Shown here: positions 56,444-64,000 of the stretch, piece by piece
How positions within the stretch are numbered: the first letter of the stretch is position 1
Layout: each line of letters opens with the position of its first letter
IMG/VR virus record: IMGVR_UViG_3300029288_005873
Location: 96,001 to 160,000 of that record
Length of the DNA stretch: 64,000 nt
Direction: 5' to 3' (one strand)
DNA from: a virus
Lineage: Duplodnaviria; Caudoviricetes
The notes under the pieces: generated by a model
The model's database searches: none
Told to the model about the DNA's origin: nothing
Seen by the model: the letters and a program-made list of their open reading frames with translations, nothing else
Position numbers and translations under genes: made by a program

Positions 56444-56844
56444 TTTCCCTCCAATCGTTTCTCACACCTCAGGAGAGCCTGTGCTAACGCCCTTTCATCA
56501 CAAGGCGGAATGTCGTTAAGATTCATATTCTCACGACATTTGATTCTGTCTTTCTTGAATAATTCATACAAATCTGCCATCTCTGGATTCTTTTTCAAAC
56601 CATTATCAGCAGGGTCCCAGAAACAAGGGAATCCCCCACTTCCCTCGCATGCATCGCGCCCATAGCAGAAACATTTTATCTGCCACAATGAACCCATGGC
56701 AAGACATTTCTTCATTGAATCCGATACCTCTACAGATGTATCTGCTGCTGTCACAATCGCATCACCACCACTACAGTATGTAAGAAATACTAAAACACTA
56801 GTGATAATAAGGAACTCTGCGCCGTTAACTATTTCATTTCTCAT
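56440..56844 (-). CDS. Secreted/lipoprotein-like Cys-rich protein
   Basis: Hydrophobic N-terminus ending LTYCSG. Confidence 0.5.
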   Translation of the reverse strand: MRNEIVNGAEFLIITSVLVFLTYCSGGDAIVTAADTSVEVSDSMKKCLAMGSLWQIKCFCYGRDACEGSGGFPCFWDPADNGLKKNPEMADLYELFKKDRIKCRENMNLNDIPPCDERALAQALLRCEKRLEGK

Positions 56845-57325
56845 TGTTTTCCTGGTTGTCAGTGATCACCATTTCAACAGCCCTACTCCATGCTTCATCA
56901 AGATCGTTGTCCGTCCAGTTATCGCAAAAGCCAGATCGTCGCATAAAATTCCTGACCGACATTCCCTCCCTCCAATGAACAGGATGAGGAACACGTGTGT
57001 GAAACACAGGAGACACTGTACCATATTCTAATAGACATTTGGTGAAAAACGCAATTCCGTTATCACCCAACCAAGCCCGAAGGGATTCAACCAACGGTTT
57101 TGGAATATCCTTTCCCATGCCTTCCTCCACGTTCGTCATCCAAAATTCACACCAGCCCGTCTTCTTCGTCGGCTTTATAAGCTTGTGGCACCATTCGTCA
57201 CTGGAATGATAAACACATCCGTCGCAATGACCAAGACATCCGAACGGATAAGATGGATTCTGAACACTTTTTAAGCTAGGATTTTGGCGCCACCGTACTG
57301 ATAGTCTCGTCATTTGTGTCTCCAA
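56834..57325 (-). CDS. Hypothetical phage protein
   Basis: PHPVHWREGMSVRNFMR motif. Confidence 0.55.
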   Translation of the reverse strand: METQMTRLSVRWRQNPSLKSVQNPSYPFGCLGHCDGCVYHSSDEWCHKLIKPTKKTGWCEFWMTNVEEGMGKDIPKPLVESLRAWLGDNGIAFFTKCLLEYGTVSPVFHTRVPHPVHWREGMSVRNFMRRSGFCDNWTDNDLDEAWSRAVEMVITDNQENNEK

Positions 57326-57342
57326 AATTCCAATATCTGGTC

Positions 57343-57711
57343 TTAATCACCTGGTTTTTCATCTCCGCGCAACTCAATAATTGCGTCAATTAACTCTTTT
57401 GGTACCAAAGATTCATCAAGATGAATACGAAAACCGAAAGGTGGACCAATAGGGCGACCACCTGGACCTAGCAAATGACAATGAGCAATAGCATCAGTAC
57501 GATAATCTCCAAACCGATTTACTGGTCTAGCTACGAGAAGTTTAGCAAAAGGTTTGGGATTTTGGGCAGGTGGGTCGGTTTTAAGACGGAAAGGAGGTTG
57601 TCTAATCAACAGGAGTTCGAATGAGTCTGACCCAGAGAATGATTTGTATACCTGTACGCGCGCTTCACGAACGATGTATACAGACATTACCTCCTGAATA
57701 GTTGACATCAT
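57343..57711 (-). CDS. Hypothetical protein
   Basis: AAGGA RBS, 122 aa. Confidence 0.5.
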   Translation of the reverse strand: MMSTIQEVMSVYIVREARVQVYKSFSGSDSFELLLIRQPPFRLKTDPPAQNPKPFAKLLVARPVNRFGDYRTDAIAHCHLLGPGGRPIGPPFGFRIHLDESLVPKELIDAIIELRGDEKPGD

Positions 57712-57715
57712 TATT

Positions 57716-58105
57716 CTATTCCTTATCGGTCAATATGACGTATTCCATCATTGGAGGAAGTTCATAGATTCCAGATCCTTCGAATGTCTGGAATTCAACA
57801 TCTCGTAGATGAAAACGCTCCCCATCAACTATAACAAATATGGTTCCTTGATCGAACTCGAAACGGATTCCACGCTCCTCCATAAGGGCAAACATCTCCT
57901 CGAGGCGTTTGCGGGCGGGATGGTTGGGTTTTAGCCTAAAGGTTTTCATTTTTTGTATATCCTCATACTCGTCCAAAAAAGAAAGGTCTATTCTCTGCGC
58001 TTCCCTATACCATTTGTTTGTGGACATGTACCACCAATGACGTGGACCATGTTGCCAAAGCCAACGCAACCACCCAAGGAAAGTTGTACCCTTCATAGGA
58101 GGCAT
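57716..58105 (-). CDS. Hypothetical protein
   Basis: ORF track. Confidence 0.5.
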   Translation of the reverse strand: MPPMKGTTFLGWLRWLWQHGPRHWWYMSTNKWYREAQRIDLSFLDEYEDIQKMKTFRLKPNHPARKRLEEMFALMEERGIRFEFDQGTIFVIVDGERFHLRDVEFQTFEGSGIYELPPMMEYVILTDKE

Positions 58106-58108
58106 TGC

Positions 58109-58345
58109 TTAACTCCGTTTGTTTCTTTTTTTGCGAGTTTGCGGGGGCGGCGATTGGAGCAAGGTTACCTGCCGTATTTCAAATTTCCCAAGCACTATAA
58201 GCTGTAGAGATTTTGTGTCCGTAGGACACAGCATCCGACCAGTATGGATTGCCGACGTCTCCGATTCAAATGGTCCCATCCACCCACCTCGCCCATCTTC
58301 AATCCAGAAGCCTATAGGGGGAGCACTCGTGATTATGGGCTTCAT
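58109..58345 (-). CDS. Hypothetical protein
   Basis: TAATG overlap with the vWA gene. Confidence 0.45.
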   Translation of the reverse strand: MKPIITSAPPIGFWIEDGRGGWMGPFESETSAIHTGRMLCPTDTKSLQLIVLGKFEIRQVTLLQSPPPQTRKKRNKRS

Positions 58346-59094
58346 TAGATGTTTAGGGAAACTGGAGCAGAACCGCCGCCTGTTCCGAGCGACTGGCTCT
58401 GTGCGGAGATGGATTTGCTTACGAATTCCGCCAGCTTAGCAAGTGTCTTCGCATCGGTTTTCTCTACCTCAACAAACTGGGTTAGACCAGCACCGTTCTT
58501 GAACTTATCAAGATATGACGACACCTGAGGATCACCCTTAGTGCCCACACCAATCAGAACTGTAACCAAGCTCTCCAAAGACTCGGTCTTCAAGGCTGCT
58601 TTGAGCGCCTTACCAACATCCTTCTCAGTACCCTTGGATTGATTATCACATCCATCGGTCAGGAAAAAGCACACGGAGTTCACACCAAAGTCATTCTCTG
58701 ATAGCTTTTTGGCGTAGTCCGTTTGAGCAAGAATAGAATTCTCGGCAGCATCATATAGAGCTGTCATACCCCCAACTCTAAGAACACCGTTGTAATCTCC
58801 AATATTACAACTCTCCAGGAGCTTGTATCCATGGATTTCATCCAGACCATCAGCAAACGTCACAAGCCGAATCATCAGATTGTCAGCACGTGGCGACATC
58901 TTACAAGCCTGAACAATCTGCTGAATAGCCTTCTCCAGGTCATCTTTATACGTTGCCACCGAACCGCTGACGTCAACAACCAAATCAACAAGGGTGTATT
59001 CCGTCGCACCCAAGTCCTCTAGTTTCGCCGCCGAATATCCAAAGCTACCGGTTGGTAGCGCATGTTCCTCAAGATCATTCTTCAGTTTTGGCAT
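58345..59094 (-). CDS. vWA-domain protein (TerY-like)
   Basis: MIDAS-like DVSGS, GMTALYDA, LTDGCDN; C-terminal LAEFVSKSISAQS. Confidence 0.88.
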   Translation of the reverse strand: MPKLKNDLEEHALPTGSFGYSAAKLEDLGATEYTLVDLVVDVSGSVATYKDDLEKAIQQIVQACKMSPRADNLMIRLVTFADGLDEIHGYKLLESCNIGDYNGVLRVGGMTALYDAAENSILAQTDYAKKLSENDFGVNSVCFFLTDGCDNQSKGTEKDVGKALKAALKTESLESLVTVLIGVGTKGDPQVSSYLDKFKNGAGLTQFVEVEKTDAKTLAKLAEFVSKSISAQSQSLGTGGGSAPVSLNI

Positions 59095-59294
59095 TGCCAT
59101 TCTCCTTATTGAAATGAAGCACCATGAGTGAATCATCCATATACATTCCATCGATGTCCGGTATAAATCCAGCGGTTTTCAGCGCGATTTCAATAGCCTT
59201 CATCACACTGTCTGGTCCATCAATGATTACCCATCCAGCTTTTTTCTACTATAACAGATCCCCCGAATTTAGTGACAACACGTACTGTTATCAT
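59075..59294 (-). pseudogene. Small gene interrupted by a +1 frameshift
   Basis: MITVRVVTKFGGSVIVEK, then +1 at the A6 run (59240-59245) gives AGWVIIDGPDSVMKAIEIALK...; span 220 nt = 3n+1. Confidence 0.45.
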
Positions 59295-59297
59295 ATT

Positions 59298-60113
59298 CTA
59301 AACTAGGAAATCTTTCGTTGTCGACAGCTGCATTCCGCGACTTGTCATCTCCTTGACGAAAGCATCCTGGAAATGCTCAAATCCAGTGACTGGACTGGTG
59401 GCATCCGTGAGCAGCACCATCTTTGCCACAAACTTATCGTCGCCGAACTCAGTAGCGATATCGCGAACAGTATTCGCAAGACAATGCGAACCAGCTTCAC
59501 CAGCGATAGCAAGGACGTCAGCTTCCATCAGCGTCTGAATTAGGCGCGTATTAACATGGGTCGATGGATCGTCGGGGTCTGGAACCTCAGCCTTGATTGC
59601 CGAATAATGCTCTGTGTAGATGTTAGAACCCTTAGACACAAAGTCCACAACGGCAAAATTCTTCCTCTTCCACTCACACAAGGCAGAAAAGAGTTCTGGA
59701 ACAACGGCATTTCCAGGACTACCAATTAGACAGTGGGGTGGCCAGATACATAGTGGATACTTGCCACTACTCTCCAGAGACTTGGTGTATACAATCATGC
59801 GTCTGGTTAAACTCGGCATCACGGGAGACCACCGACCGTTTTCAATTTCAGTACTAGTGATAATCGTAAAGGGCGCAGGATAATTACCTTTGGAATCTTT
59901 CCACATAACTGGATGTGCCACATCCACGAGATGATGACAATCCAAAGTAACATGGATATCATCAAGTTTGCTACCCAATCTCCGAATAAGAGCTGGTAGT
60001 CGAACATTCATATCCTCCCATGCTCCTTGTACAGGTAGTGCCCCTTTTGGATCGCAGAAATCGTGTTGTGGATCAATTACTAGCAAATGAACTTTTTTAA
60101 TGTTATTGCTCAT
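59298..60113 (-). CDS. pncA: Nicotinamidase / isochorismatase-family cysteine hydrolase
   Basis: VIDPQHDF..GAL, LDCH, WPPHC, SKG..EHYSA, GEAGSHC (Asp-Lys-Cys triad and metal ligands). Confidence 0.85.
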   Translation of the reverse strand: MSNNIKKVHLLVIDPQHDFCDPKGALPVQGAWEDMNVRLPALIRRLGSKLDDIHVTLDCHHLVDVAHPVMWKDSKGNYPAPFTIITSTEIENGRWSPVMPSLTRRMIVYTKSLESSGKYPLCIWPPHCLIGSPGNAVVPELFSALCEWKRKNFAVVDFVSKGSNIYTEHYSAIKAEVPDPDDPSTHVNTRLIQTLMEADVLAIAGEAGSHCLANTVRDIATEFGDDKFVAKMVLLTDATSPVTGFEHFQDAFVKEMTSRGMQLSTTKDFLV

Positions 60114-60135
60114 TTTTGGTCTCCTTATCGAGAAT

Positions 60136-60154
60136 TCTATTAATACTTTACCAT
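60136..60154 (+). promoter_or_regulatory. Conserved putative phage promoter motif (copy 4)
   Basis: TCTATTAAT-ACTT-TACCAT, about 35 nt upstream of the HNH gene. Confidence 0.5.
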
Positions 60155-60189
60155 CATAATAGAAGCAAATACTACAATGAAGGAGAAGT

Positions 60190-60807
60190 ATGATGAAAAA
60201 ATGTTCAAAATGTCAGGAAATTCTTTCCAACGAATGTTTTTGTAAACACAATAAATCCCCCGATGGTCTACAAGCCATGTGTAAGAAGTGTAAATTAGAG
60301 TATAACAGAAATAGACGATTCCCACCACAGGAGGATCCAGAACGCCGCAAAAGATGTCCGCGTTGCGGTCAAGAAAAACCAGCAACTCGAGAGTACTTCA
60401 ATGTCTGTAGAGGAAATTGCGATGGCATGACATATGAATGTAAAAAATGTCGGAATACAACGCTAACAATACAGCGACACCAACACCCAGAGTCATACCA
60501 AAAATCAGTCAAAAAATATCAGTCAAGTCCAAAAGGTAGATTTAATGCCTACAAATACAACACCAACAATCGACCGTTTCATTTAACATTTGAACAGTTT
60601 ATGACTTTCTGGCAGCAACCATGCTCATACTGTAATGACTCTATTGATACTATTGGTATCGATAGAGTAGATAGTAATAAAGATTACATCCTGGAAAATT
60701 GTATCCCATGTTGTTCCACCTGTAATATGATGAAAAGTACTCTTACAAAAGAACAGTGGTTTGCCCATATGCGCAAAGTGCTTATGAAAATGGATCAACT
60801 TTTGTAA
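60190..60807 (+). CDS. HNH-type homing endonuclease with two N-terminal zinc fingers
   Basis: CSKC..CKKC, CPRC..CKKC; CSYC..GIDRVDS..Y..ENCIPCCSTCNMMK. Confidence 0.88.
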   Translation: MMKKCSKCQEILSNECFCKHNKSPDGLQAMCKKCKLEYNRNRRFPPQEDPERRKRCPRCGQEKPATREYFNVCRGNCDGMTYECKKCRNTTLTIQRHQHPESYQKSVKKYQSSPKGRFNAYKYNTNNRPFHLTFEQFMTFWQQPCSYCNDSIDTIGIDRVDSNKDYILENCIPCCSTCNMMKSTLTKEQWFAHMRKVLMKMDQLL

Positions 60808-60865
60808 TTCTATCAAATCAATCTGCGGACAGTTCCCAGTTTTTTTAGATTTCTATTTTCTATCA

Positions 60866-61474
60866 TTAGCTCTCCAATATCGCCTTCGCTATTTCAGGTG
60901 AATGAAGCGCTTTGACTTTCTCGATCCATGCGCGAGTTTTTGCTTTCTCCATTATAAGTTTGCGGTTAACAACTCCTTTAGCAACAACCCCCTCAAATGT
61001 TACGCCCTCAACTTCGCCGTTCCGTACCTTGTCCGCATACTCGCGGTTCCAGTTCTCAATCCCTAGGAACTTCGGGATCTCCAAGTTCTCGAATAGTTTC
61101 ATAAATTCCGCTGGAGGCAAGATCCCTTTCCGGAGCGGTGATACATCGAATAGCGTCAGGGATTTGGGATCCTCCGGCAGGTGGATGCCAGCGAAACTGT
61201 GTTGACCGTGGAACTCGGCGAACACCACGACCTTCTCCCACCGTTCCCGCTTGGCAACATCTGCAATGGGCGCCGCCAGCCCGTTATCAAACATAGCAAT
61301 AGCGCCACCAAATACTGGATCGGTCTCGTCGAATAGGCGCGTGCGGGTACCATATTTGAACCAGCCGCGTTTCTTTGTCCATTCGAACCGCAGATTGCTG
61401 CCATCGAGTTTATCGAATATGTGGGCGCGAAACCGTTGTACACAACCAGTTTGAATAGATGGGTACTCTTTCAT
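60866..61474 (-). CDS. Minimal ATP-dependent (RNA) ligase-like nucleotidyltransferase
   Basis: YPSI, DKLDGSN (motif I), FAEF, LFDV, EGVV, KAKT; no OB-fold. Confidence 0.8.
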   Translation of the reverse strand: MKEYPSIQTGCVQRFRAHIFDKLDGSNLRFEWTKKRGWFKYGTRTRLFDETDPVFGGAIAMFDNGLAAPIADVAKRERWEKVVVFAEFHGQHSFAGIHLPEDPKSLTLFDVSPLRKGILPPAEFMKLFENLEIPKFLGIENWNREYADKVRNGEVEGVTFEGVVAKGVVNRKLIMEKAKTRAWIEKVKALHSPEIAKAILES

Positions 61475-61484
61475 GACTCACCCT

Positions 61485-61979
61485 CTAAGGTATGTCGCCC
61501 TTCTGTCTGAGACGGTGTAAACCTTCGCATTCTTGACAAGGAGTTTCATTCAGCATGCCGTGAATCGGACAAAAATCAAGTTCGGTATCTGGTACATCAG
61601 AATCATAATATGTCCGCTCAACGACTATCTCCTCGCCCTCTGGGCGAAGCTCCCAATCCTCATGTCCGTAATCATCACCCATAATACACCTAACCTTCTT
61701 ATGTACGAATGTACGCCCATCTTTTAGCGTAATGCGCATAAGAGGATCGGGAGGTCCAAACATGTCGTCAATTCTACCGCTCTCCTCTGCGTTGAGTACC
61801 TCAATCCCTCGTTCAGACATACGACGTGCGATTTCATCCGAGACGAGTTTCTCGATATCAATATCTACCAGGCGAGCTAGGAATTGTTGCTTAGACTCAA
61901 CGAAGTACGATTGGTCCCACGACATGTATGCTCTCCTATTCCACTGTTTCGCAATAGTCCTTTTCACAATCATGACCAC
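61485..61979 (-). CDS. Hypothetical protein
   Basis: ORF track; likely start MSWDQ. Confidence 0.5.
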   Translation of the reverse strand: MVMIVKRTIAKQWNRRAYMSWDQSYFVESKQQFLARLVDIDIEKLVSDEIARRMSERGIEVLNAEESGRIDDMFGPPDPLMRITLKDGRTFVHKKVRCIMGDDYGHEDWELRPEGEEIVVERTYYDSDVPDTELDFCPIHGMLNETPCQECEGLHRLRQKGDIP

Positions 61980-62151
61980 AAGTTTTGATACATAGGTCCA
62001 TAGCAGCCTTTAAGGCAGCTGATTCACTTTTGTGCCAGCCATATGTGCCACATTCAGGCTTACTAATGCTTGTTGCCCAGCAAAGCCTATCACCTTTCTG
62101 AGGACCAAGATCACCAGTTCCAAGTGCCAAGAGAACCAATACGATTCTCAT
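61936..62151 (-). CDS. Small secreted Cys-rich protein
   Basis: Signal-like N-terminus, 6 Cys. Confidence 0.45.
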   Translation of the reverse strand: MRIVLVLLALGTGDLGPQKGDRLCWATSISKPECGTYGWHKSESAALKAAMDLCIKTCGHDCEKDYCETVE

Positions 62152-62621
62152 TTTTCTTCCTCCGGTTCACCATTCTTTTTTGCTATGTACCCTATACTGT
62201 CATCTAGCTCTTCGATCTGTTTGGCGATTGCTGGGGCTAACATTCTCTGCTTTACAAAGTTTCCAGTTGCCATTAGCCTATCCAGTTCTTTCTCAAGCTC
62301 CTTGCGCTCTCCGCGTAACACTGCCAGCCTGATTCTGTCTGGAAGTTTTCCAAACTCTACCATGTCAGAAACTGGTTTAACGTCTCGCCAATGAATATGA
62401 GGAAATTCACTGGCAAGTCTATCGCCATCTTCTCCCTTGGCAAGTAGGATAAGCAATCTATTTTCAGCCTTATCCCTCAACCAATATGCCCTTGCTTGTC
62501 TTTTTCCACCGCGTGCCTTGACTGTTTCGCCCCAGGTTTCACTTCCTGGAACATGTCGTGGTTCTTTATTCTCGTCAGCCATAGGTTCTCCTTCTCGAAA
62601 AGTCAACTGGCTTTGCGTCAA
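62148..62621 (-). CDS. Hypothetical protein
   Basis: Likely start MADENK after AAGGAG. Confidence 0.5.
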   Translation of the reverse strand: MTQSQLTFREGEPMADENKEPRHVPGSETWGETVKARGGKRQARAYWLRDKAENRLLILLAKGEDGDRLASEFPHIHWRDVKPVSDMVEFGKLPDRIRLAVLRGERKELEKELDRLMATGNFVKQRMLAPAIAKQIEELDDSIGYIAKKNGEPEEEK

Positions 62622-62651
62622 CTTATCAGCAAAGCCAGTTGACTTTTCTTA

Positions 62652-63638
62652 TTATTGCCCATAGTCCAGACGGAACTGGTCGAACGCATCCACTGCCGAC
62701 GAAAGGAGAGGCTCTTTCAGACAAAGTTCATCACATAGGAGGTACTTGCGATAGCCGATATCGTAAAGCCACGCCATCTCAAGAAAATCAGCACATGATG
62801 GCACTGGGCTGTGGACAACCGACAATAGAATGCGCGAACCAACAGAAGCCTCTGGATCTTTCCCTATAATCAACCTCAACGCTTCGGGAATTCTGTGAGG
62901 CTTGTCAATCTCCACATACAGGTCACCACGGGCAGCCATAAGAGATGTCCTAGGTGTTTTCTTGTACTCATCAGAAGCATATTGTAGACCGCGCCTATCC
63001 TCGATCTTCAGAATAACATCCGCATCCTTTCCAACCAAGGAACGGAACTCGTCAACATCACGTTGGTTCTGTACATATGACAAGAAAAACTTTGTGATTC
63101 CAGCCCTCTTTGATGCTTCGATCTTTGCCAGCTCAGCTTCGGAGAACTGGTTTCCCCCCACCTCTAGGCTTGGATGCCTAATGTGAAGAGATTCACCAGC
63201 CTTCACCATGAAGTCTGGACCTCCATCGAACACCAAACGATAACCATGGTCTACCACATCCTTCAACAGTGCCTGGTCTTCACCAGCTTTGAAGATAACG
63301 ATGGTGGGAGTCTGTACCTTGACGGGATGGTTAAGGATCAATTCCAGATGGTCTTTATATGGTCTGCTCTCAACAACCCGCAACTGTCTACCCTTGACAT
63401 CCACCCATAGAGGAACTCCACCAACATGACTGGCTTTCAGTAGTTCACCTGCCATTTCCCCAACATCCACCATGGCCGTATTTAGCCTAACACCAGAAAG
63501 TCGCTTGTCTAGAGCAAACTTGTCAAAGTGTGGAAAAGATGGCCACATGGTAACCATCAACTCCATCTTATCCGGTATTGGCAGACATTTCCTGTCCATA
63601 TCTTTTTTTCCGAAAAACCTATCAAGGAGACTTCCCAT
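62652..63638 (-). CDS. Pyruvate-kinase barrel-domain protein (lacks C-terminal allosteric domain)
   Basis: VRLNTA, VDVKGRQLRV, LSYV, ILKIED, MAARGDLYVEI, LLCDE. Confidence 0.8.
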   Translation of the reverse strand: MGSLLDRFFGKKDMDRKCLPIPDKMELMVTMWPSFPHFDKFALDKRLSGVRLNTAMVDVGEMAGELLKASHVGGVPLWVDVKGRQLRVVESRPYKDHLELILNHPVKVQTPTIVIFKAGEDQALLKDVVDHGYRLVFDGGPDFMVKAGESLHIRHPSLEVGGNQFSEAELAKIEASKRAGITKFFLSYVQNQRDVDEFRSLVGKDADVILKIEDRRGLQYASDEYKKTPRTSLMAARGDLYVEIDKPHRIPEALRLIIGKDPEASVGSRILLSVVHSPVPSCADFLEMAWLYDIGYRKYLLCDELCLKEPLLSSAVDAFDQFRLDYGQ

Positions 63639-63647
63639 CGCTTCCTC

Positions 63648-63998
63648 CTAAAGCAGCGACTTGGTTTTCTTTCCCCCAGAACTCTTCATAACGGAGCGCC
63701 CCGACTTCAGGAGCTTGCGGTCTGGGTCGACCGCCTCGATCTTGTGGATCGTCTCCAGAGCCTTCAGGGCGACTTCGACCTTCTTGTCGCCGCCCTTGTC
63801 CTTGAGCTGCCTATCTTTCAGCTCATCACGGAAGTACTCGATTCGGTCGGTTTCCTTAGCTAGGATACCGAAGATGATATCCAGCACGCGCTCCTCATTC
63901 GGAAGCGTGACGATGTGCTCCTCATCGACGTACTGTAGCCACTCATTTACGATACCCTTGTCCGTGGAACTGATGCCATCAGTTCCCGTCGGACTGTA
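63648..63998 (-). CDS. C-terminal part of a protein that begins beyond the window
   Basis: Frame open to the window edge: YSPTGTDGISSTDKGIVNEWLQYVDEEH...RVLDIIFGILAKETDRIEYF...; GC-rich. Confidence 0.6.
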   Translation of the reverse strand, partial: YSPTGTDGISSTDKGIVNEWLQYVDEEHIVTLPNEERVLDIIFGILAKETDRIEYFRDELKDRQLKDKGGDKKVEVALKALETIHKIEAVDPDRKLLKSGRSVMKSSGGKKTKSLL

Positions 63999-64000
63999 GG

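Noticed and set aside
1-64000. CRISPR array, tRNA or rRNA genes
   Set aside because: No regularly spaced repeats or cloverleaf-compatible intergenic stretch seen; intergenic gaps are mostly under 100 nt. A tRNAscan/Infernal run would be definitive.
1-64000. Alternative genetic code (stop-codon reassignment, as in some large phages)
   Set aside because: Code 11 gives near-complete coding coverage, and conserved proteins end properly at TAG, TGA and TAA.

Overview
This window looks like part of a large (jumbo/huge-type) bacteriophage genome. It is densely packed, mostly minus-strand genes in the standard code, with frequent ATGA/TAATG overlaps and no host housekeeping operons. The only convincing plus-strand genes are three free-standing homing endonucleases. 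I found no tRNA, rRNA or CRISPR array and no core virion module. The content is mostly host-takeover and counter-defence functions. (1) A complete, translationally coupled PRTRC-like ubiquitin-type conjugation operon (E1/ThiF, JAB, E2-D). It includes a 59-aa ubiquitin-like protein missed by the ORF track, whose C-terminal Gly is capped by Asn. (2) A eukaryote-style WGR-regulatory-catalytic PARP, plus a TARG1-like macrodomain, a Nudix hydrolase, nicotinamidase and nicotinate phosphoribosyltransferase: a possible ADP-ribose write/erase/NAD-refuel circuit using the deamidating salvage route. (3) A dispersed TerY-P-like vWA/PP2C/kinase triad. (4) Three RNA-ligase-like proteins, a PNK-like kinase, a Pol-beta nucleotidyltransferase and a membrane-anchored alarmone hydrolase. 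(5) Lon, an AAA ATPase, Hsp20, bS21 and an L7/L12-motif protein. (6) DNA ligase, two HhH-GPD glycosylases, a Dcm-type methylase and nucleotide-sanitising enzymes. Non-coding signals read from the sequence: a TCTATYAAT-N4-TAGCAT-like motif in front of four endonuclease genes, an identical 31-bp intergenic element repeated 25 kb apart, and three small genes each broken by one extra base in a homopolymer run. All protein calls come from motif recognition by eye; no database search was run.
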